NCBI GenBank assembly: GCA_030602675.1
Contig: JAUVZH010000029.1
Coordinates: forward strand, 1-14,112
Direction: 5' to 3'
Origin: Candidatus Heimdallarchaeota archaeon
GTDB lineage: Archaea; Asgardarchaeota; Heimdallarchaeia; JABLTI01
Length of the DNA: 14,112 bases
Of the stretch, positions 8,033 through 14,112 are shown piece by piece. Position numbers and translations under genes: made by a program. The first letter of the stretch is position 1. Each line of letters opens with the position of its first letter. Below the pieces are notes generated by a model. That model worked only from the letters and a program-made list of their open reading frames with translations. It searched no databases and was not told the DNA's origin.

Positions 8033-8067
8033 ATTATTTAATTATCAAAGTATAATCTGAAATCTAG

Positions 8068-8075
8068 TATTTATA
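8068..8075 (-). promoter_or_regulatory. Candidate TATA box (TATAAATA on the minus strand) for the right 48-codon gene
   Basis: It occupies the same relative position, about 50 nt upstream of the start, as the TATA-like box of the left copy. Specificity is low in AT-rich DNA. Confidence 0.25.
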
Positions 8076-8132
8076 CGGAAATGTTGAAAAATAATTGTAC
8101 ACAAAGAAGAGTTGAAAGTGATTTTTATCGAA

Positions 8133-8852
8133 TTATGCACTTTCTTCTATTCTTTCGGATATATCTCCAAATTTCCTTTCTTCTTTTGCAATGAGTCGTT
8201 TAATGTTATCCCTGTGTCTGAAGAGAATAAAAACTCCTGCTAAGAACCCTCCGATTAAGAGTGGTATGCATGTAATAATATCAAACTTCATTATATAGTA
8301 GGTTTCGAGAAAGATGAATATTGGCAAAGTTGGAGTAGTAACCACATTTGCTAGTGATGTATATCTTGTTGTAAAAACAATTGTGAACCACACTACAGCT
8401 AACCCAACTGTTGATACTGGTACGAAGTTAAGGAATACTCCTGCAGTTGTTGCCATACCTTTCCCACCCTTAAATTTTAGCCACACAGGATAGTTGTGTC
8501 CTAATACTGACATTATTCCTGCTCCTACTACTACTGCTTGTCCTATTGGATCTGTAAAACCGAGAGTGTACACTTTTATTGGATTTGGTTGTATTACCAC
8601 TAATCCTACTATCAGTCTTGCTGCCCAAGCCAGTACTCCTCCTTTGATTACTACATCTCCTATGATTGTTAAAGCAGCTGCTTTTTTCCCTATTAGTCTA
8701 TAAACATTTGAAAAACCGGTATTCCCACTCCCATAATCTCTAATGTCAATTCCTTTCATTATCTTTCCTAATACCCATCCCGTTGGAAAGCTTCCTACCA
8801 GATAACTTCCTATTAGAACTAATACGTATACTACTGCTTCGTGTATTGCCAT
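8133..8852 (-). CDS. plsY: Glycerol-3-phosphate acyltransferase PlsY (acyl-phosphate dependent)
   Basis: 239 aa and multi-TM. The PlsY signature motifs are present: GSFPTGW, DIRDYGSGNTGFSN, GDVVIKG, and GHNYPVWLKFKGGKGMATTAG. A C-terminal HRDNIKRLIAKEE block is also present. An SD-like AGGAAG lies upstream of the ATG at 8852. Confidence 0.9.
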   Translation of the reverse strand: MAIHEAVVYVLVLIGSYLVGSFPTGWVLGKIMKGIDIRDYGSGNTGFSNVYRLIGKKAAALTIIGDVVIKGGVLAWAARLIVGLVVIQPNPIKVYTLGFTDPIGQAVVVGAGIMSVLGHNYPVWLKFKGGKGMATTAGVFLNFVPVSTVGLAVVWFTIVFTTRYTSLANVVTTPTLPIFIFLETYYIMKFDIITCIPLLIGGFLAGVFILFRHRDNIKRLIAKEERKFGDISERIEESA

Positions 8853-8920
8853 TTTATTATACTACTTCCTGTTTCATTCAATTATTTTATTGTTTTTTAA
8901 AAGAGTTCCGCTTATACTTA

Positions 8921-9763
8921 CTACTTTTTTATATATGTGAAGAACAGTGATCCTGGTCCTAAATGGCTTCCTACTACTGGTCCTACTAATCCTATGTATT
9001 GCACTCTGCATCTAAATGTTCCTTCCACTCTTCTTCTGAATACTTCTGCTACGTCTGGCATGTTTCCATGCGTCAATGCTATTATTGATGTGCTATCCAA
9101 TCCTTCTTCTTTCAGGTGTTCTATCATCCAATCCATTGCTCCCTCTGCTCCTGGAACTGTTGTTAAGCTTGATGTTTCTCCTTCAGCTATTGTTAGTATT
9201 GGCACTCTTCCTAATAATCTCCCTACTAATCCTCTTGCTCTACCTATTCTTCCTCCTTTTACTAGATACTTTAACGTGCTTGGAAAGCCTATTACTCTCA
9301 CGTGTTTTATTGCAGTCTTTACTATATCACATACCTCATCAATAGTTAATCCTTCATTTACTGCCCATGCTGCCATTAATACTACCAAACCTAATGATGC
9401 TCCTGTAGCAAAGGAGTCGAAAATCCTGATATCCATCATTGGTAGCATGCTTCTGGCTTGTTCTGCTGATTCTATTGTAAAACTCATTTGTCTCGAGATA
9501 TGTATTGAGACTATTGTTTCTGCTTCGCTTGTAGCATCTTCATATGCTTCAAAAAACAGTGCTGGTGATGGTGGGTTCGTTGAAGGAGTATCTCTTAGGA
9601 AAGGCATTTTATCGTAGAATTCTTCTGCTGTAAGGTTAATTCCTGCAGTAAATGTCTCTTCATCCATAAAAACTTTCAATGGTACAACTATTATCCCTAA
9701 TTCTTCCACTACTTTATCTGGCAAATCGCATGTACTATCAGTTACTATCTTGACCTTTTGCAA
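8921..9763 (-). CDS. degV: DegV-family fatty-acid-binding protein (FakB-like)
   Basis: 280 aa with a TTG start at 9763 preceded by GAGGAAAG. The N-terminus KIVTDSTCDLPDKVVEELGIIVVPLKV is the canonical DegV opening. Length and the remaining blocks (e.g. KGGRIG) fit the family. Confidence 0.88.
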   Translation of the reverse strand: MQKVKIVTDSTCDLPDKVVEELGIIVVPLKVFMDEETFTAGINLTAEEFYDKMPFLRDTPSTNPPSPALFFEAYEDATSEAETIVSIHISRQMSFTIESAEQARSMLPMMDIRIFDSFATGASLGLVVLMAAWAVNEGLTIDEVCDIVKTAIKHVRVIGFPSTLKYLVKGGRIGRARGLVGRLLGRVPILTIAEGETSSLTTVPGAEGAMDWMIEHLKEEGLDSTSIIALTHGNMPDVAEVFRRRVEGTFRCRVQYIGLVGPVVGSHLGPGSLFFTYIKK

Positions 9764-9828
9764 TGCCTACTTTCCTCAAACCATTAACATTAGCATTTAG
9801 CACTATTGCAATAATAAAAGTATTTGAT

Positions 9829-9867
9829 AAAAAAAAAGAGTATTATTTCCTCCAAAAAGGAGGAAAT
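9829..9867 (-). terminator. Hairpin plus oligo-T downstream of the fakA-like gene
   Basis: A perfect 9-bp stem, ATTTCCTCC (9845..9853) pairing with GGAGGAAAT (9859..9867), has a 5-nt AAAAA loop. On the minus strand it is followed after 7 nt by a T9 run (plus-strand A9 at 9829..9837). It sits 19 nt after the fakA-like stop and upstream of the degV start. Confidence 0.5.
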
Positions 9868-9885
9868 TTATTTCTATATTTAATT

Positions 9886-10827
9886 TTAACTTGCTTCTTC
9901 TACGAATAAGAATTCTCTGTGTTGTTTTGACATGTCATCAATCTTGAGTCGGGATATCGCACCATGTTCTTTGCATCGTTTTATTAGTACTTTTGGTTCA
10001 TTTGTATGTATGTGGACTCGTATCATATTATCATTCTTTGCCACTACTAATGATCCACCCATGGTACCAAGCATTTCTCTTGCGAATTCTGCTGTTAGAT
10101 CATCTGATTCAATGATAAACTCTGTACAGAATTGATATTCATCATCTTCTTCTGTATCTCGAGCTATTGCTTTAACTTCAGCTACTTCACCGACATCATC
10201 AAGATCTTCATTCTTGAAGGCTTTAATCCATCCTTCCATAATATAGACGAATCCTTGTCCTCCAGCGTCTACTACTCCTGCTTTTTTGAGCACTGGTAGT
10301 AATTCTGGTGTTTTTTCAAGGGTTCCTTGTGCAGCTTCATATGATGTATCTAGCATATCTAAGAAACTAGAGCCATTTTTTGCAGCTAAACTTGCTGCTT
10401 CAGCTGATTTTCTTATTACGGTTAAAATGGTTCCTTCTTGTGGATTAAGAACTGCTTCATATGCTTTTGCTGCGCCATCAACAAAAGCTTGTGAGAATTC
10501 TGCTGGTCCTATTTCGCTATAATTATCAAGAGAATTACTAAATCCACCAAAAAACTGTGATAATATAACTCCTGAATTTCCGGTTGCACCCATGAATGAT
10601 CCACGGGCAATTAATTGTGCTGTTTCTATTGTATTTGAGGCTTCATTGTTATCTAATTCTTCAATAATAGCCTCTACTGTTAAGTACATGTTTGCTCCTG
10701 TGTCACCGTCAGCAACTGGAAAAACATTTATTGCATTTAAGTGTCTGCGATACTTTTTCAGCAGATTTGCGGAAGCGCGCATCATATCTGATAATAGTTC
10801 GCCACAGAATAATTGAAGTGTTGCCAT
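9886..10827 (-). CDS. fakA: Dak2/DhaL-domain protein resembling the N-terminal and middle domains of fatty acid kinase FakA (YloV family), lacking the C-terminal domain
   Basis: 313 aa. The Dak2 signature LNAINVFPVADGDTGANM and GATGNSGVILSQFF are present. The C-terminal part (YQFCTEFII...GGSLVVAKNDNMIRVHIHTNEP...ISRLKIDDMSKQH) matches the block that follows the Dak2 domain in YloV/FakA proteins as I remember them. Canonical FakA is about 550 aa. Confidence 0.75.
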   Translation of the reverse strand: MATLQLFCGELLSDMMRASANLLKKYRRHLNAINVFPVADGDTGANMYLTVEAIIEELDNNEASNTIETAQLIARGSFMGATGNSGVILSQFFGGFSNSLDNYSEIGPAEFSQAFVDGAAKAYEAVLNPQEGTILTVIRKSAEAASLAAKNGSSFLDMLDTSYEAAQGTLEKTPELLPVLKKAGVVDAGGQGFVYIMEGWIKAFKNEDLDDVGEVAEVKAIARDTEEDDEYQFCTEFIIESDDLTAEFAREMLGTMGGSLVVAKNDNMIRVHIHTNEPKVLIKRCKEHGAISRLKIDDMSKQHREFLFVEEAS

Positions 10828-11259
10828 TTTTATATGTCTCCTGTTTATTTTTGGTATAAAACTATCTTTTTACCAATTTCTAATCTTTATTTATCTATGA
10901 CACATTTAAACATTTCTTTTACGACTAAAAAATACTATGAAAACGCGTCACAATATGCGAAAAAATTCTTTAAATATACGAAAATTGATGTTTTTATTGT
11001 TGATTAATTTACTCTTTAGAAGATTTTCTGTTGAAAAAAGTGCGAATTCTTTTGTCAAAAAAAGCATTTTTTTACTAAATTGCTTTATTTGAGTTTTTTA
11101 TAGTTGACTAAAATATTTAACTTTAACGATTTATATTAATATATATTTGAAAAAATAATAATAGGTTTGTGATATTAAATCAAAGTAATGTAAAAAATTA
11201 ATTAATTGTTGGCTTTTTTGGAAGATTTAGTGAATAAAAATTTATAAGATAGTGAAAAT

Positions 11260-12108
11260 ATGAGATTTGGTGCCCATATATCAATTTCAGGTTCAATAGC
11301 TAATTCAATCCCAAGAGCTATAGATTTAGGGTGTGACACTTTTCAGATTTTTACTCGAAATCCACGTAGTTGGACATCAAAAGAATTAACAAATGAAAGG
11401 ATTTTGGAGTTTAAAATGAATATTTCAAGCTCAGATCTTAAACCAGTCTTTGTACATATGCCATATCTGCCAAATTTAGCTAGTCCTGATCCTGAAATGT
11501 GGGAAAAATCGATTTTTTCTTTAAAAGAGGAGCTAAATAGATGCGATTTACTTGAAATTCCCTATATTGTTACCCATCTAGGCAGTCCCAAAACATCTGG
11601 TAAGGAAAAAAGTGTAGAAAAAGTGATTCAATCTTTGAATAAAGCACTTACTAATTACAATGGAAATACAACAATTTTACTTGAGAATACTGCAGGAAAG
11701 AATGAATCTTTAGGATCAAACATTGATGATATTTGTAATATTATTACAAAAACAGAGGTCCAAGATAAACTCGGTTTATGCTTGGATACTTGTCATGCAT
11801 TTGCTTCTGGTTATGATTTAAGAGATCAAACTGTTATTACTAAACTGATTGAACAAATAGATGGTTGTATTGGTTTGAATAAACTTCTATTAATACATGC
11901 AAATGATGCAAAATTTGACTTAGGTGAAGGAAGAGACAGACATGAGCACATTGGTTTAGGTAAAATTGGTGAAATAGGATTTAAATTACTGCTAAAAGAA
12001 AAAAAACTTAGAAAAGTCCCCTTTATTTGTGAAACACCTGTTGATGAAAGACGGGATGGTAAAGGGAATTTGGAATATTTAAGGAAATTACTAGAAAAAG
12101 CTAAATGA
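11260..12108 (+). CDS. nfo: Endonuclease IV (AP endonuclease family 2, TIM barrel)
   Basis: 282 aa. It opens MRFGAHISISGS...DTFQIFTRNPRSW. The metal-ligand blocks VHMPYLPNLAS, THLGS, LENTAG, LDTCHAFASGYD, IHANDAK and GRDRHEHIGLGKIG are all present and in the expected order for Nfo. Confidence 0.92.
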   Translation: MRFGAHISISGSIANSIPRAIDLGCDTFQIFTRNPRSWTSKELTNERILEFKMNISSSDLKPVFVHMPYLPNLASPDPEMWEKSIFSLKEELNRCDLLEIPYIVTHLGSPKTSGKEKSVEKVIQSLNKALTNYNGNTTILLENTAGKNESLGSNIDDICNIITKTEVQDKLGLCLDTCHAFASGYDLRDQTVITKLIEQIDGCIGLNKLLLIHANDAKFDLGEGRDRHEHIGLGKIGEIGFKLLLKEKKLRKVPFICETPVDERRDGKGNLEYLRKLLEKAK

Positions 12109-12127
12109 GATAAACTTCATCGCGTAA

Positions 12128-13267
12128 TTATGCGAAAACATCACATGTGCTTGCTTCTCTGGCAATTATTGGTGCTAAATAATCCATCTTTTTCGAGAAA
12201 ATGGGATTCATACTCTTTGCTATCGTAACAATTATGCTCATTTTTTCACTGTTAAACATAGGTGCAACTGTACTAATGTCACCCTTTGATACTTCTTTTC
12301 TCATTGCTAATTCAGCTAAAATACTTGCACTTGTGATTATTTCACTTATTTTGTCATTTACCCTTTGAACTACAGCTTTTTCATCTCTTCCTTGAAGATT
12401 TGATAATAAATCTTTGCAGAATTTACTCGAATCTCCACCTGATACTTTGCCCTTTAATAGATCAACTACAACAGCATCATCATATGCTTTAGCAATGTTC
12501 CTTTTTGTTCCAATTAAATCGGCTTCTACGATTTGATTTGTCCAAAAAACCTTTTTTAATTCTTTATGCGGGGCAAAAATCTCGAGACTAGCAATTGCAA
12601 TTTCGGTCATTACTTCATCGCCTGTCACAATTACAGGTTTCCCAATTAAAATAGCCATAATTGCTTTGTCTAGATCCTTTTTTATGACCTTATTTAGAAA
12701 CTGCATACTACCTTTAGTCTTTGATTTAGTTATTGTTATTTTTCTAGATGCATAAAATTCCTCAATTTCTACTTTATATGATTGAATGTCTAACAAAGAA
12801 TCAATTTTTTGTTTAATTAGATTTGGTAATGATTTGCCGAAAACATATTTCTCTCTGATTAGATTGCTAACTCTCTTGCATTGTGTAGAGAGAAATGGTG
12901 CCATCCTATACATTTGAAGTTGTTCTTTTGAATCCATAAGAACAATTAATGAACAAGATCTTTGACCACCTCTTATTTTTGGAGCAGGAATTGTGAATAA
13001 ATATGAAAATGCAATCATATTTTGCTTGCTAAAGGGAATAATTGACTCACCACAAAGCTCACTTTTATCATCTGTGTGTAATGATAAAGAACCTATCATT
13101 ACTTTAACAGCTATTTCGCTTGCAGATTGATCATTTAGAAACTTATGATAAGCACTTATAGGACCAATTGCATCATCAAATGTTGCGAAACAAACTGACA
13201 CCTTATTTTCTGATTGCAATTTTACATTCCTACTGTTATTTTTTAGAAGTTGTGGATTAAATGTCAT
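12128..13267 (-). CDS. Folliculin-like two-lobed protein (N-terminal longin/uDENN-like domain plus C-terminal DENN-like domain)
   Basis: 379 aa. The N-terminal lobe contains VSVCFATFDDAIGPISAY and later AFSYLFTIPAPKIRGGQRSCSLIVLMDSKEQL...APFLSTQCKRVSNLIREK. Compare human FLCN as I recall it: VALCHFCELHGPRTLF and [46 protein letters not shown]. The C-terminal lobe contains IMAILIGKPVIVTGDEVMTEIAIASLEIFAP...DLIGTKRNI...DAVVVDL. Compare FLCN: [33 protein letters not shown]...FLGLSPHV...FAVIVEV. The ATG at 13267 overlaps the upstream stop (ATGA), with the SD AAGGGGG 8 nt upstream. Confidence 0.6.
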   Translation of the reverse strand: MTFNPQLLKNNSRNVKLQSENKVSVCFATFDDAIGPISAYHKFLNDQSASEIAVKVMIGSLSLHTDDKSELCGESIIPFSKQNMIAFSYLFTIPAPKIRGGQRSCSLIVLMDSKEQLQMYRMAPFLSTQCKRVSNLIREKYVFGKSLPNLIKQKIDSLLDIQSYKVEIEEFYASRKITITKSKTKGSMQFLNKVIKKDLDKAIMAILIGKPVIVTGDEVMTEIAIASLEIFAPHKELKKVFWTNQIVEADLIGTKRNIAKAYDDAVVVDLLKGKVSGGDSSKFCKDLLSNLQGRDEKAVVQRVNDKISEIITSASILAELAMRKEVSKGDISTVAPMFNSEKMSIIVTIAKSMNPIFSKKMDYLAPIIAREASTCDVFA

Positions 13268-13506
13268 TCAAAGCCCCCTTCTGATTTGGTTCCATATAGA
13301 CAAATCATAGAAGTTAAAGTTCTTCTTGATTCGTGAGTACTTTGGATTTTTTGGCTATGTTGACATTTGTAACAATTTGATACAATAAGTTTTGAATTAC
13401 TTTGAGGGCACTGAATTTCTTTGAATTTAATGTTTTTTTTATGTACAGCTGCGTTTTTTTCTGATCTTTTTGCTTTAGAAAAATTCTCAACGTTATGCAT
13501 CAACAA
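13264..13506 (-). CDS. Small basic Cys/His-containing protein (78-80 aa), unknown function, translationally coupled to the folliculin-like gene
   Basis: The ORF's stop overlaps the downstream ATG by 4 nt (ATGA at 13267..13264). The start is either TTG at 13506 or ATG at 13500. It contains C-x11-C-x2-C-x-H (IQCPQSNSKLIVSNCYKCQH), a possible but non-canonical metal site. I recognise no family. Confidence 0.5.
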   Translation of the reverse strand: MLMHNVENFSKAKRSEKNAAVHKKNIKFKEIQCPQSNSKLIVSNCYKCQHSQKIQSTHESRRTLTSMICLYGTKSEGGFE

Positions 13507-13599
13507 CTTACATTCCCAAGTAGTATTTTCTGAACTGTTAACTCATAAAATATTCTAAATTTTAACTTAAAAACCCAAACTTTTTGAAATAAATCATAA

Positions 13600-14091
13600 T
13601 TAGTTATTAATCACTTTAAGTAATCTCTCTTTAAATTTCGAATCAGCAAAATTAAATATCTTTACTTCTCCCCATCCAACATTTTTAGCATATTTCTTAA
13701 TTAAGTCAACATGATCTTTTTTATTAGTAATAATAACAGCAAGTCCATCTTTCTTCATCTTTAATGTAGCAGCAGCAATTAATGCTTTTAATTCGTCCTT
13801 TTTTTCTTGTAGAATCGATGTATTATTTTCTGTTACTATGATAGCATCATTGCACCATATACTACCTACTATTGCAGATTTGGGTATCTCAAAAGCAAAC
13901 TGCCAGCTTTTTTTTGTTAAACCAAATTCATTCCAATTTGGAAAGTCTATTCGTCTTATTACTGTTTTAATTCGATCCTTTCTACATATTCGTCTAATAG
14001 TTTCGTAAATTATTTTCTGCTCCATGTAAGGAGTTGAAGAAAATATATGGAACGATCCTGAAGGATATGAAATGCTTTGTTTATATAGCAT
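13600..14091 (-). CDS. Hypothetical 163-aa protein with an alternating alpha/beta pattern, unknown family
   Basis: A complete ORF with an ATG at 14091, on the same strand as and 93 nt upstream of the small Cys protein gene. It contains the segments WQFAFEIPKSAIVGSIWCNDAIIVTENN and LAVIITNKKDHVDLIKKYAK. Any longin/roadblock-like reading is only a guess from secondary-structure periodicity. Confidence 0.6.
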   Translation of the reverse strand: MLYKQSISYPSGSFHIFSSTPYMEQKIIYETIRRICRKDRIKTVIRRIDFPNWNEFGLTKKSWQFAFEIPKSAIVGSIWCNDAIIVTENNTSILQEKKDELKALIAAATLKMKKDGLAVIITNKKDHVDLIKKYAKNVGWGEVKIFNFADSKFKERLLKVINN

Positions 14092-14112
14092 GCCTGTTTT
14101 GACTAATTTATT

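Noticed and set aside
8937-9617. A 226-aa plus-strand ORF, along with further long plus-strand ORFs at 8494..8703, 9076..9345, 9932..10135, 10286..10522 and 10592..10816.
   Set aside because: All lie antisense to genes with unambiguous family motifs (PlsY, DegV, Dak2). Their products are low-complexity (Leu/Pro/Ser/Thr-rich) with no recognisable motifs. They are shadow ORFs caused by the purine-rich, higher-GC coding strand.
10813-11007. A 64-aa plus-strand ORF that starts with TTG inside the fakA start region.
   Set aside because: It overlaps the fakA-like start codon and has no SD. Its composition (F/Y/K/I-rich) is what random AT-rich DNA would encode.
1-14112. A search by eye for CRISPR repeats, tRNA/rRNA-like GC-rich structured segments, tandem repeats and integrase/transposase genes.
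   Set aside because: None was found. All intergenic regions are AT-rich with no regularly spaced repeats. The only strong hairpin is the one at 9845..9867, reported above as a terminator.

Overview
This is an AT-rich prokaryotic chromosomal segment. Hand counts of 60-nt lines range from 15% to 42% GC. The gene content looks archaeal: a herA-mre11-rad50 operon and tightly packed genes with Shine-Dalgarno (SD) sites. I infer an Asgard/Lokiarchaeia-like host but cannot test this without a database. Reading left to right: (1) On the minus strand, a GT-C membrane glycosyltransferase, a small 2-TM protein, then herA, mre11 and the 5' part of rad50, which runs off the left edge. (2) A very AT-rich accessory-looking module. 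A 576-aa HTH protein with what looks like two tandem Lrp/AsnC-like units is bracketed by two diverged 48-codon genes in inverted orientation. These genes are absent from the ORF track and encode signal-peptide-like small proteins ending in NPGNGG. (3) A bacterial-type lipid module on the minus strand, noticeably richer in GC: short FakA (Dak2), DegV/FakB and PlsY. (4) Endonuclease IV (nfo) on the plus strand. (5) A minus-strand three-gene cluster whose last gene encodes a 379-aa protein with blocks that closely resemble the longin and DENN lobes of eukaryotic folliculin. The most interesting items are the twin-peptide/HTH module, the folliculin-like cluster, the FakA-DegV-PlsY route in an archaeal context, and an mre11 whose catalytic motif I lies upstream of any canonical start codon and just downstream of an in-frame TAG. 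I found no rRNA, tRNA, CRISPR array or recognisable transposase. All family assignments rest on motifs I recognise by eye and need HMM or structure confirmation.
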